From: Octopus sinensis
Taxonomy: Eukaryota
NCBI RefSeq assembly: GCF_006345805.1
Contig: NC_043000.1
Location: forward strand, 81,034,001 to 81,098,000
Length of the DNA stretch: 64,000 bases
Reading direction: 5' to 3'
The position numbers and the translations under genes were made by a program. The notes under the pieces were generated by a model, which saw only the letters and a list, made by a program, of their open reading frames with translations, did not search any database and was not told the origin of the DNA. Within the stretch, counting starts at the first letter, position 1. Every line of letters starts with the position of its first letter. Below, piece after piece: positions 36,910 through 50,540 of the stretch.

Positions 36910-37740
36910 TTGGCAAGCTGACAGAAACATGATCACTTTGGGTAAAATTTATGGCACTTTACATTCTGAGTTTAACTTCTCTGGTGATTGACTTTGATGA
37001 AGGTAGTGAGCTGGAAGAATTATTAACATGCCTGACAAAATGCTTAATGGCATTTCATCCGCTCTTCATTCTGAGTTCAAATTCTGTTGAAGTTGACTTT
37101 GGCATTCATCCTTTCAGGGTTGATAAAATAAGTATCAGTTGAGCTCCAGGGTTGATGTAATCAATTTACTGCCCATCTCAAAATTGCTGGCCTTGTGCCA
37201 AAATTTGAAATAAATATTTAAGGCAGTGAGCTGGTGAAATCATTAGCATGGTGGGCAAAATGCTTAGTGACATTTCATTCATATTTTATGTTCTTAGTTC
37301 AAATGCTGCCAGCGTCAACTTTGCCATCAGCAAGATGGCAGAATCATCAGTACGCCAGGCAAAATACTTAGTGGTATTTCATCCATATTTTCATTCTGAG
37401 TTCAAATTCTACTGAGGTTGACTTTGCCTTTCATCTTTTCGGGGTCCATAATGCCAGTTGAGTACTAAAGTCGATGTGAGCAATTTACCTTCTACCCCAA
37501 AATTGCTTTGTGCCAAAATATGAAACCAATATTACAGAAATATCTAAAGCAGTGAGCTGGAAGAATCGTTAGCCCGCTGGGCAAAATGCTTGGTGGTATT
37601 TCATCCATCTTTACATTCTGAGTTCAAATTCCACCGGCATCAATTTTGCCTTTCATTCATTCAGGGTTGAGCACTGGGGTCAATGTAATCGACTTCCCCC
37701 TCCCCTGAACTTGCTGGCCTTGTGCCAAAATATGAAACCA
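36910..37740 (+). repeat. Head-to-tail array of about five diverged tRNA-derived SINE copies
   Basis: Repeated units with agtgagctgg..ttagc..ggcaaaatgctta and B-box-like gagttcaaattc. The family also occurs on the minus strand at 7230-7443, 15330-15515 and 28170-28365. Confidence 0.7.
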
Positions 37741-37912
37741 TTATTACATAAATATCTCATTTCATTTGTTAAACAGAATGTTTATTCTTGCTATAATGTT
37801 CTATTTCACAAGCATTTCCATAACCATTTCCTCTCTCTCTCTCTTTCTCTCCCCTTCTCTTTGTATGTATGTATGCATGCATGTGTGTGTGCTTTGTGCG
37901 TGAATGTATTTC

Positions 37913-37943
<31 letters not shown>

Positions 37944-38173
37944 TTCTACATCTATGTATGTCTGTATATATGTACAGCTGTGCACTAAACAGTTGTGATG
38001 GATATGTAGTGTGTGTGTGTGTGCGTATGTGTGTGTTTGTGTGTGTGTGTGTGTGTGTGTAATCACACGTCTCATGTTTGATAACATGCATGACAAAAAT
38101 TAACTGTTGAGATAAAACTCTGTTGCATGGAAAATTTTCGCAAACGTGCGCGCGCACACACACACACACACAC

Positions 38174-38241
<68 letters not shown>

Positions 38242-38789
38242 ACACACACACACACGTACACACACAGATAGGCTTGTTTAGCTGCCAAGATTGGCAGAGT
38301 TCTCTCCCTTTCATCTTCATGTTCAATTTGTTAAACTCTTAGAAATTCTTTCTCTGAGACAATGAAAACAGAGCAAATTTATTGACAGACGACATATAAA
38401 TGGTTTAATATCAACATTAATTTGTCTGTAGCCAGTAGTTTCTCAGTTGATGAAGCCGACTTCTACTGATTGAAAGTGATTTCTTTCTTTTGTTGTTCCT
38501 ACTACTATCATTTTAATGATTTTTCCTTTTTCATAGAAGTATCACAAGAGAATTGTTAAATTTGATATAATGGCAATTATACCATTAAAATATTCGTTTT
38601 TGAAAGGGGTGTAGCCTCCAATCTGATATTTTATTTGCCTTGGTGATAGTCATAATGAAATATCAGTGAGTTTAATAGCTGTGTTTGATTTTGTGGCATC
38701 GATATATGCCAATAAAATTTGCCTGACTACAGTAGGATGACAAACTTATTTAAATAACATAGATAATAGACACATATTTCAATTTATTT

Positions 38790-40870
38790 GAAAATGATTT
38801 GGTTCAAGTTGTCTGGGTGGGTTGGGTGTACTTTTTAAGATGAGTCTGAGATTTCCTACAATATCTACAGAAAAAGTGAGGTACTATGAAATCCAGACAA
38901 CAGCAACTGAAATACTTGAGGTGGAATGAATTGCATGTTGAAGTAGGTCCACTTTGTAAGCCTGACTACATGCCAGGCTTCTTTAGTGATATCTTGACAG
39001 AAGCCTATCACAGATGGCAGCAGAATAGGAGAATTCCCAGTGAACTGTGGAATGGTAGCACTGCTGAGAAACTTTGTCAACAAGTGGGATACTATGGATA
39101 ATTTCCCGGCCATAACCCTGTTGAGTAAATGCTGAGTTCAGTCTGAGCTTGGTGATGAGGTTACAAGCAGGGTAGTTAGCTTCACACTGAAATAGGTCAT
39201 GAGAAAATTATCCCTAAAAGTTCTTCTGCTCTCTATAAAAAGGGAGCATTCCACAGGTCAGGCTGTCTATTTGCTACCAATGCTTTTTGGAAGGTAGACT
39301 CAGTATGCTATAACTGCTGATGCATAAATTACAAATTGAGATTCCTGGATGGTCATGTGGTCTCCATTCGTAAGGTGGGTATTTCCACAACTTGTGTTTT
39401 TGATATAAATGGAGTCTTGAGTCAAGAAAAGAAAAAGCCTGGGCACATGACTTTTGGAATGTTGTTAAGTACTCATTGTTTAGTTCCAGTCTGTCTTGAG
39501 TCCTTTCAGTCTGGTCTACCAAACTACATCTTTCACTAAGGCTACCAGACAGATAAACACAACCCGTCCTTACCAGCCAAAGGAAGGTGGTGGGGAGATC
39601 ATTGCAATGAACTTAGCTGTTAGCTAAATCTATCCAGCATGTGACAACAGGTGTTCAACATAACTATGCACGTCAGTTATGCTCATGTACTGGACAAGTG
39701 TGTACATAACAGCTTCATTGTTCTGTCTGCATCTTAGACAAACCTACTTGGTGGCACTTTCATGCCTGTAGTGTTTATCTTGGACTGGCATGTCTCTCAC
39801 TAGTACTGTCAGGCTAAGGAATTTTGGAAACTATCCATGGGTTCAGGCCTAAATATCCTCTGGAGTAGACCAGTCAGATGATTTTTGCTGCTGTCTTCCT
39901 ATGAATGTTGTTGCTCTTTCTTGTCATTAACCTTCTATAAAATGCCAAAGTCTGTGTGACCCCTCTGGAATAGTTTTATCTTAGAACATTTTTGATTGTG
40001 ATTGGTCATAATACTTATCATCTCATCCCAGTTCTTCAGTATCTGGACCAAACTAAACCCTATGGACCTAACTCTTCATGTACTAAGCTGGAGGTCCACT
40101 GAATTTTCTTGGTTGACTTTTACTCCTGTCACTGCTTTATAGTCCCTCAGTGTAGTGCTACTTGCTACTATGTGCTTTGTATCTGACACTATCACAGTAA
40201 CATCATCCACATATGCTTACATGGTTTTTCCACGTTCTAGTTTGTGCAGGATGCCCTCAATGCCATTAGTTTCCACAGAAGTGGCTCAAAAGTCAGTACA
40301 TACAGAAGAGATGAAAGGGGCCAACCTTGACAAATGAAGCACATGATACTGAATGGTTCTGATTGGTGACCTTTCTCCGTAACCACCAAGCGGGTGTCAC
40401 TGTACATTGCAGTAATTCAACTGCAGGAGACAGGACTGGAACCAGCAGCCATGTGGAGAACCATCAAATATTACCAGTCACCCTTTTGAAAGTCTTTGAT
40501 TGATCTAAATTGATCAGGGTCCCACCTATGCTAGGTTCCTTATCCACCCTCTCTATAATGTATCTCTTAAGGTAGAGGTTATCATACATAGCCTGTTTTT
40601 GATGGTGCATGTTTATGCTGCTATCATAAACATCAGTTAAAATCACCAACCCCTTTTCAATGTGGTGCTCTCTGTATAGGCCCTTTCTCAGTAGTGTCAC
40701 TGTTTCTTAAGTAACAAAAACATAGATTCTCCTATTCTACTACCAGTTGCAGAAGATATCTGCCAAGAGGTATACAAATAAATCTGGCATGTTAAAGTAG
40801 TGTTCATAGAGCAGACTATTCAAATCAATCGATTTTCCCACCATGCTGCCAACCATCACTTTCATGACTG
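38790..40870. mobile_element. Degenerate Tx1/L1-like ORF2 fragments in both orientations
   Basis: Plus strand: YMPGFFSDILTEAYHRWQQNRRIP. Minus strand: YFNMPDLFVYLLADIFCNW and DNLYLKRYIIERVDKEPSIGGTLINLDQSKTFKRV (RT motif). Confidence 0.6.
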
Positions 40871-43259
40871 TTATTGGTCTTTTGTAACATTCTGCCTCTC
40901 TCACTGAGAGTTTCAGCAGGTGAAGTCCATTCAGCAATCTGGCTCACAACTCACCCCAAACATGGGTTGGATGATTTGACAGAACCTAATGAACCTGAGG
41001 ACTTTATTATGTCTGATACATTGGAAAACAAGCATACTGCAGGAGTGCAAAATGGTAATAGAAGCACTCATTAACCAGGACAATTTTGTGGGCTTACAAC
41101 TTGGTACCTGGGGCGGGATGTCAAATTGGGTTGGTAACTTCTGTGATTGAAGTGGAGTTTGGTTAATCTTCTCAGGATCTGGTTTAGTTCAATTTCCCAT
41201 GTGAACAAGAACTAGTGAGAGATTCTCAGCAAGTTTGCTAATCACATTCAAAACTGAGTTGAGAAAAACCAGCCCCTAAAAGGTCAAGCAGAAGTAATTT
41301 ATGTTAGTATCATCTGATTATTGTGTCATGTCCCAAGAAATTTCTGATCAGATTGGAATGTATGCACTTTCACTTGTTTTAGGAAAAAGCAGGTTTCACT
41401 GGCCAGGTTAGTGGCTTGGTGGCTGAAGATGCAGTAATGTGTTGAGTTAGTAAAAGCTTTAGAAATTCCTGGATTACTATGGTGTTGATCAGTTGTGATT
41501 GCCATTTATGTGACACCTTGTTTTCACAGTTTATCTCTTTGACCATGTTGCAGTCCTGGATTAAATGCATTGTATTTTTCTGTAAGTCTTAGATTCAGTT
41601 ACATATTTGTTTGCTTATTTTTTTAATCATCCTTAAAGTACCTGACATTTTAGAGACTGTATCTGCTTTCTGATCCCAACATTTCTAGTTAGCTCAGTTT
41701 CCAGATTTATTGTAGAGGACTTTCAGCCAAGGAATTATGAATAATTTACAGAAATCCCTAGCTTAGCATATTCTACAAAAAGCATTGTCAATTCTGGATA
41801 AACTCTACAGGCTCACTATCAGCAACAGATGGACCTGTTTATTAGCAAGCTGGATGATGAAACTGTTCTGCACACATTGATTCATGTGGAGATATGCTGA
41901 ACAGCTGTTCTCACATTTTGGACATATCCAGCAACTAGTACAGTTAATAGTGAGGATCATTCTTCTAAGATGGGCTTGCAGATTTTGTTTGTCCAGTGGT
42001 CATGGCAAAAGCAGTTGCATGATTGACAACACTAAAAGGACTGAAACCAAGACCTATCTCTTTGACAAGAACCTTCTCAACTTCTATGAGTCCACCTTGA
42101 AGTGAACAGTGGTAGTAGTTAAGGAGTCCTCCAGTAAACTTTGTGAAATATGATGGTGAAGCATGATCTTCAAACGTTGGACCTCACGGAGGCAATGACT
42201 AGTGACTGAGGCCTTTGGCAATGTGCCATGTTTGAGAAGACGTATCAAACCAAATGAAATCATAGTCATGACTGATGCCAGTGTCACGTAACTGGCACCC
42301 ATATCACTGGCATGTAAAAAGCACTTTTTGAGCGTTAGCCTTCATAGGGACAATGACAAATGACTGAGACCTTCGGCAATATACCATGTTTGGGTAGAAG
42401 ACCCATCAAGCCAAGTGAAATCATAGTTGTGGCAGATACTGGGGTCCTGCATCTGGTACCTGTGCCAGTGGCATGTAAAAGCACTTATTACATTCTCAGA
42501 GTGTTTGGCATTAGGAAGGTCATCCAACCACAGAAACCATGCCAAATCAGATTGGAGTCTAATGACGCCCCACCGCTTACCAACTCTGGTCAAACCATCA
42601 GATCCATGCCAGCGGACATTAAAAGATGATGATAATGATGAATGGCCCACGGCAATGGCCCTTCTTTCAACAAACACCTGTGAGTCAGAGAAGACAGTTG
42701 AGAGAAGATATTTGCCTTTTAGTAGTCAAAGTAATCTGGGTCCTGTAGGGTTGGTTGATTGACACCTAGCTAGTTGTCTTTCCTTTAGAAACCTCTCATT
42801 TTATGGTCTTTACATGCTAACATTTCCCATGCCTGTGTTATTTTTTTTTTTATAAACAATTCTATATAAATCTCAGCATTTTTGTAATTTCTCCTTCTGA
42901 TGTCCTGTCATCTATTGCCCCTGTGGCAAATAAAAGAAATTGTCATCATCATCATCATCGTCGTCGTCGTCATTGTCATCATCGCAATCATTGTTGTCAT
43001 CAGCATTAACTTCATCATCATCGTCATCATTAACCTGATATTTACCAGTTGATAGCTAAATGGCAGCATCTAATTATCTTTATTAATTCTTTGTTGTTGG
43101 CAAGCAATTCACTCTTTCTGTTTTCCATTTGTTCCAAAGAATTTTCTGTTAGGTTTGGAGCAAAGCCATAGGAGCCAGCAGCCAATTGAAAGTAATGCTA
43201 TGTTATCAAATAATGAACTGATGATGGCTGCATCATTGAGATTCACTTCCTTCAACCAT

Positions 43260-44010
43260 TTTTCTAAGTTGTACGCTTCAGATTTTCACCCAGCACCAAC
43301 ACCACTACCACCACCATCACCATTATCCTTACCATTACCACTGTCATCATCAATGCATCACTACTTATTACTTCTACCATCAGAACCACCATCACCACCA
43401 TGGCTGTCATCACCACCACCACAATCATTGACACAACCACCATCACCATCACTACCATAAGTACCACAAGTTAACAACATTACTGTCGTCACCACTACCG
43501 CCACCACTTCTACTACTATTACCGCCACTACCACCACTACCACTATCATATCATGACTATTACAACCACCACCAGTAACAACACCAGTACCATCACCACC
43601 ACCACTTCTGCTACTATCACCACTACCACAATCATTCTTGCCACTACCACCATCACATCGCCACTATTACAAGTACTCCACCTACAGCCACCCAGCCACC
43701 ACTACCATCATAACTGCTAAAAATAGTCAATATTAAATTAAATGTTATAATTAAGATATTGCTCATGATCAAGACAGTGGTGTGTTTAGACTAAATCATG
43801 TTAGTCATCATCATAATAACCATCGTCATCATCATCATCATCATTACCTACTTCATTGGCAACATCACCACCATCAACAACATCATTACTTCTTCACCAT
43901 CATGACAACCAAGAGCACCATCACCACCACCACTACCACTACTATCATTACCAACACCTTCACTACCATCATCATTGACATCACCCTCAATACAAACAGC
44001 CTCATTCTCA
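43260..44010. repeat. Degenerate (CAC/CAT/ACT)n low-complexity tract
   Basis: Mosaic trinucleotide sequence; a similar CAT-rich tract lies at 13640-14080. Confidence 0.9.
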
Positions 44011-45046
44011 TACATGTTGACATGACATCACCAACTCTACAACACATTGCATCATCGCTTGTCACAATCTCAGAGATATTGATATCACCAATTCCAGCTT
44101 CTCTGCTTCATTTAATTTCACCATTTTCTCATCACTCCATCAGTTGATAAAACAAGTTTTCTAGTACCAGTAATACATTAGTTACAAAGCATGTTAAACT
44201 GACACTGGATGCTCCCCTTCCCGCTATAATAATTGGTGTTCTATGTCTGATGAGCACATTGAATCAATAGCAAAAGTTTCTACAATCAGTAATACGCTGA
44301 GGGTAGATGTCCTCTGTAATGTTTGGTAAAGCCTGTCTGGTTAGAAATTTGAATTATTAGGGAATTGTACTGTGGAGAAATAAATCACTCTTAAGTCTTA
44401 AGTTGTAACATTTGAATTTATTGTTCTACAACTTTCTCTAAGATCTAACTCAGAATTGTAATGCATGAGTTGTGCTTGTAAATTTATAAATTCAGAGTCA
44501 TAACTTCTGAGTCACAGTTCCTGATAATAAAAGCTCAATATTTTAGGACACTTCAGGCATATTGATGATACACTACCAATGCAAAAATCCTACTCCAAAG
44601 TCATGTTACCACTCTGTATGTAAATACTATGAGAATTTTCTTAAACCTACAGTGTACTATAAAAATTTCAAACGATAAAAGCAATCTATGAACTTCCTCC
44701 AGTCTGTAATTAACTTCATCTTTAATTTTACTGTAATGTCTCTCTTCATAATATATCTAATTTACAAATTTATAGGTCATCATGGTGCATATTCTTAAAA
44801 AGGACGAAATAATACTTTACCTGATCACCACTAACTAGAAATTATAAGAACTTTGCCGTAGATAAAAAAAAAAGGAATTTAAATCTGATATAAATTTATT
44901 TTTGTGAACTCTTTGTGTGCTTTTCATATTTGTTGATTTTGTATTAAAATTTCTAATCCTGTCTCAAGTTGTGAGGAAATAGTGCCTCCCTTTGTATTAA
45001 TGGCCATCCACAGAGTGCCACTCATGTACTTACATACACACACACA

Positions 45047-45093
<47 letters not shown>

Positions 45094-45107
45094 CATACAT
45101 GTAAAGG

Positions 45108-45410
45108 AGCATGGCTTAGTGGTTAGGGTAATCGGCTCATGATTGTAAAGTTGTAAGTTCGATTCTTGGTGGCAAATTGTGTCTTTGAGCAAGACCTTTT
45201 TTTCCAATCAGCTGGCAAAAATGAGTTGTACCTGTAATACAAAAGGTCGGCCTTGTCATCTTCTGTGTCACGCTGAAGCTCCCTGAGAACTATGTGAAGG
45301 GTACGCATGTTTGTGGAGTATTCAGCCACTTGCATGTTAATTTCACAAGTAAGCTGATCCATTGATTGGACCTGCTGGAATCCTCATCAATGTAACTGAC
45401 AGAATGCCTG
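45108..45410 (+). mobile_element. tRNA-derived SINE
   Basis: A-box-like tggcttagtgg and B-box agttcgattc, followed by a non-coding body. Confidence 0.6.
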
Positions 45411-46083
45411 TAGATATATATACATATATATATACGCACACATACACACATTTATTTTTATATTTATATATATATTTATATGTCTACCAAATTTGTTTGA
45501 CATAAGGTCATGGTAGAAGACATTTGCCTAAGGCACCACACAGAGGAATCGGTCTCAGAACAATGCAATACCAATGTGAACTTTATAATGAAATGGTCTG
45601 CTTGCTTCAAGTTAGCTAATTTTTATTTTACCTTTTCCTATGACATGCTTTAGTTTTTTTGGGTTTTTTTCTCACAGAATAAATGATATTATTCTTGTGA
45701 CATGTTTGCACAGATGAGTGAATCAGTCTTTAGAATTAATATTTCTTTTTTATCTGTTTCAATTTTAGAGTTAGAAATTTAAAAACCTGAAGAGAATTTC
45801 ACTTTATACCACAGAAAATTAATCAATGAAGAACTGAGACTGATGTCTGCTATTATTTTACAATATTTACAAGTGAATACATGAGTATTTGTGTGTATGT
45901 ATATTTGAGTAGCTGTGTGGTAAGTTGCTTGTTTACCAACCACATGGTTCCGGGTTCAGTCCCACTGCGTGGCACCTTAGGCAAGTGTCTTCTACTATAG
46001 CCTCGGGCCAACCAAAGCCTTGTGAGTGGATTTGGTAGATAGAAACTGAAAGAAGTCCGTTGTATATATGTATATATATATGT

Positions 46084-47135
46084 GTGTGTGTGTGTTTGTG
46101 TGTCTGTGTTTGTTCCCCTAGCATTGCTTGACAACTGATGCTGGTGTGTTTATGTCCCCATTACTTAGTGGTTCGGCAAAAGAGACCAATAGAATAAGTA
46201 CTGGGCTTACAAAAGAATAAGTCCTGGGGTCGAGTTGCTCGATTAAAGGCGGTGCTCCAGCATGGCCACAGTCAAATGAACCCGGAACCATGACTGAAGC
46301 AAGTAAAAGAGTAAGAGTAGATATATATATATATATAGTTTATTGTTTCATTAAGATAACATCAACAACATAAGTACTTCATCCAGTGAGAGATAAATAT
46401 TATTTATTGTACACAGTATAAAGATGAGAGCTACTAAGTTTCTTACTGTGAAGACATGTGGTTAGACTGGTTTTTATAACATGCCTTGTGTCTCCAATCA
46501 ATCTTCAGGTTGAAGATTTCTGATTATTAGAATATAGTTACATATACACAGATTCAAAGCTGTAAATAGGTGTCTAAAGATACATACAGACATTGGCATA
46601 TAGATGTGTGTGTGTGTGTTTGTGTGTCTGTGTTTGTTCCCCTAGCATTGCTTGACAACTGATGCTGGTGTGTTTATGTCCCCATTACTTAGTGGTTCGG
46701 CAAAAGAGACCAATAGAATAAGTACTGGGCTTACAAAAGAATAAGTCCTGGGGTCGAGTTGCTCGATTAAAGGCGGTGCTCCAGCATGGCCACAGTCAAA
46801 TGAACCCGGAACCATGACTGAAGCAAGTAAAAGAGTAAGAGTAGATATATATATATATAGTTTATTGTTTCATTAAGATAACATCAACAACATAAGTACT
46901 TCATCCAGTGAGAGATAAATATTATTTATTGTACACAGTATAAAGATGAGAGCTACTAAGTTTCTTACTGTGAAGACATGTGGTTAGACTGGTTTTTATA
47001 ACATGCCTTGTGTCTCCAATCAATCTTCAGGTTGAAGATTTCTGATTATTAGAATATAGTTACATATACACAGATTCAAAGCTGTAAATAGGTGTCTAAA
47101 GATACATACAGACATTGGCATATAGATGTGTGTGT
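46084..47135 (+). repeat. Direct tandem duplication, period ~524 bp, bounded by (TG)n
   Basis: gcattgcttg at 46121 and 46645; gtagatatat at 46317 and 46841. The copies appear identical except for microsatellite length. Confidence 0.95.
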
Positions 47136-47559
47136 GTGTATGAGAGAGAGAGAGAGTAAGTGTGTCTATGTATATACACATGTACATATATGTGTGTGAA
47201 TGTGTGCATGTGTGAATGTATATATGTGTGTGCATTATCAGAATTGTAATCATCATTGTTTAACATCCGTTTTTCATACTGGCATGGGTTGGGCTCATCA
47301 ACCAGAACTAACAAGCCAGAGGACTGCACCAAGTTCCAATGTCTGCTTTGGCATGGTTTTTACAGCTGGATACCCTTCCTAACATTAACCAATTTACAGA
47401 GAGTACTAGATCCATTTTACGTGTCACCAGCAATAATGAGGTCCCTGAATAACATGTAAGACAAGACCCCTAAACTGAGTGGGGCTGTAATAGAGGGACA
47501 CGAAGAAGTGTCTTGTTGAAGAGGAGATACTTGGCTTCTCCAGAGAGAGAGAGAGAGAT

Positions 47560-48587
47560 GGGAAGAGTACAGCCTCAACACTGCTGGTGACAAAGGGCCT
47601 CTCGCTCAGAGTAAAAGGTAGACTGTATGATGCATGTGTACCAACAGCCATGCTACATGGCAGTGAAACATGGACTGTGACTGCTGAGGACATGTGTAAG
47701 CTCGCAAGAATGAAGCCAGTATGATCCGATGGATGTGTAATGTCAGTGAGCATACTCGGTAGAGTGTAAGTACCTAGAGAGAAAATTTGGACCTAAGAAA
47801 CATCAGATGTGGTGTGCAAGAGAAACGGCTGTGCTGGTATGGTCATGTGGTGAAAATGGATATGGATAGCTGTGTGAAAATGTGCCACACCCTAGCAGTT
47901 GAGGGAACCTGTGGAAGAGGTAGACCCAGGAAGACCTAGGATGAGGTGGTGAACCATGACCTTCGAATATTGGGCCTTACTGAGGCAATGACTAGTGACC
48001 AGGACCTCGACAAGCCAAGTGAGATCATAACCTCATGGCCTATGCCAGGAGTGTAACCAGCCCTTCACTGGACACTAAACTCTGCTTGCAAAGACTTGTT
48101 AAGGCAAGTGAAATCAAAATCAAATTCGATGACTGGCATCCATGCTAGTCGAGTGCTTAAGAGTACCATACAAGCACGATCATTGCCAGAGCAACAAGCT
48201 GGCCTCTGTGCCAATGGCATGTGAAAAACACCATTCGAGTGTGATCGTTGCCTGCATCGCCTTACTGGCACTTGTGCTGGTGGCACATGAAAAAACATTC
48301 AAGCAAGGTCGTTGCCAGTGTCGCTCGACTGGCTCCTGTGCAGGTGGCACATAAAAAGCACCATTTGAGCATTGCCAGTACCGCCAGACTGGCCCTCGTG
48401 CTGGAGGCACATAAAAACACCCACTACACTCTTGGAGTGGTTGGCATTAGGAAGGGCATCCAGCTGTAGAAACTCTGCCAGATCAGAATGGAGCTGGTGC
48501 AGCCATCTGGTTCGCCAGACCTCAGTCAAATCGTCCAACCCATGCTAGCATGAAAAGCGGACGTTAAACAATGATGATGATGATGAT
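47560..48587 (+). mobile_element. 5'-truncated RTE-clade LINE: ORF C-terminus plus a 3' UTR ending in (GAT)n
   Basis: LLVTKGLSLRVKGRLYDACVPTAMLHGSETW; EKRLCWYGHVVKM..GRGRPRKT. Related UTR pieces at 760-1010, 2400-2610, 8430-8720, 29480-29830, 42080-42640 and 47260-47440. Confidence 0.75.
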
Positions 48588-50067
48588 ATATATATATATA
48601 TTTGTGCTTTGGTGCAACAAAAGGCCAGCAATTTTGAGGGGGAGAGGTTAGACAACACCATTGATCCTAGTACTTTTCTGGTACTTTATTTTTCTGATCC
48701 TGCAAGGATGAAAAAACAAAGTTGGCTGTATCGGGATTTGAACCCAGAATAATAAATGCAAGAGTAAATACGGCTTGGTATCATTGCCACTGCTCTAATG
48801 ATTCTGCTTGCTACTATTACACCAATCTCACTAGGAAGATCAGAAAATTTTTATTATTACATCTGTCTCACTTTGAAGTTGAAATTTATTTATACAATGT
48901 TTTTTGAAGGAATCTGATTACCAAAACCATAGGAAATCACTCATTCTTTAGGTAACCCCGCCTTCCAACACTTAGTGAAATGCAGGAACAGGCTGAGGCT
49001 TGTCTTTGCTTCTGACTCAGAATCTAAATCCTGACAGGTCATCTGCTGATCCATTCAAACCCACAAAGCAATAACATTTTGCTCAAAACCTGTCTCCCAT
49101 CATACTTGTATTGATCTGTCAAAATTTCATCGATCTCCACTTCAATCCCTTCCCCAACACTCGATTCCTGGTTAGAAAACCCAGTCATCTATAACCTCAT
49201 AAAAAATGAGCAATTATCTATAGACAACTTTGAAGACAAATTCAAGCACTCCATCACAATACTGTGGTACCCACTCCACCATAAATGACTAAGATAATGA
49301 TTCTCAGAGAACAATTGTCAATAGGGGTATATTGCTGTTCTTTCCAGAAAAGAGCCTTAAAAGTCTGAAACAGAAAAGTCACAGAAATATTTTTCCAATA
49401 CAATGTAGCTTTTAGGTTTCTCGATATGTACACTCCATTTTGCTATTAGAACAGATGATGGCTTTCAGTAGAACACCATAAGACTGCAGAAAGTCAAAGA
49501 TTTTCCATTATTCTCATGAAAATCAGCAATGCAGTGCTAATAATTGAAAGCATACATATGACACGAAGCCGTTTCAGCACTCAGGTTATTCAATCTATTC
49601 GGCTTGTTCATGTGTGCATGAACACATATTTCTTGAAGGAAAATGTTTGCTGTTTCTAGTAGGTCAAAGTACTGCATATAGATGCTCCCTTGCCTTTTGC
49701 CGATGATGTGACTGCCATCATTCATACAGTACTTCTGATAGCTCTTGTATCTGCATTTTCTTGCAACTGATTCGTATTTTATTGTTCTTGTACACACTTA
49801 CATTTGCACTTATTGTGGGGCATGGTCACCTCTTTTCTCTCCAGTTTGTATGCATTTCCTACATAGTACATAGACTTCTTAATGCTTCTGCTTACAAATT
49901 TAAATCTCAAACTTTGGTTAACACAATGCTATAGTAGAAGACACTGGCTTACAGTTGCTATACAGGGAGAAGGAACCCCAAAATACATGGATCGAAAATA
50001 AACTTCTTAACCACATACACAAATATGTAGGAATGTATGTGTGTATACACATAACACTATATATATA

Positions 50068-50120
<53 letters not shown>

Positions 50121-50125
50121 TATAT

Positions 50126-50540
50126 ACAGCGTGCAATGGGTAAATTGTTGTCATTTTATATTTTTGATTTCATGCATGTGCATTGTTTGTTTTTGATGTT
50201 GTTGACTACACATTATAGTAGGGTCAGTTGGGCACTATCTGTGAGAAAAGTACTACCATGACACAATTCACTCTGCTAGAAATTTGGAAACATCATGCTG
50301 TACTGCTTGACATTCATGCCAGAAGCTCCATTACAAACATTTCAAAGTGTTTTTTTGTCAATCTAAGGACAATGCTATCTGAGGACATGTACTGAGAGTG
50401 ATAAAAATCAGACATCCAGTCAACATCATGGTGTTTGGAGTGATCACTAGTGATGGCAACGTTATGCCTTCAAAGATGAACTGAAGGCAAGAATTATGGC
50501 AGCATTCACCAACTTAAACAAGGAGACTGTCCAGAAGAAT
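50126..50540 (+). mobile_element. Probable Tc1/mariner-like remnant after (TA)n
   Basis: Starts tacagcgtgcaatgggtaaattg directly after a TA tract; contains a VMVFGVITSDGNVM-like transposase fragment near 50425. Confidence 0.4.

Noticed and set aside
49480-49810. Non-repetitive, coding-looking stretch (ORF 49537-49797)
   Set aside because: No recognisable domain or splice context.
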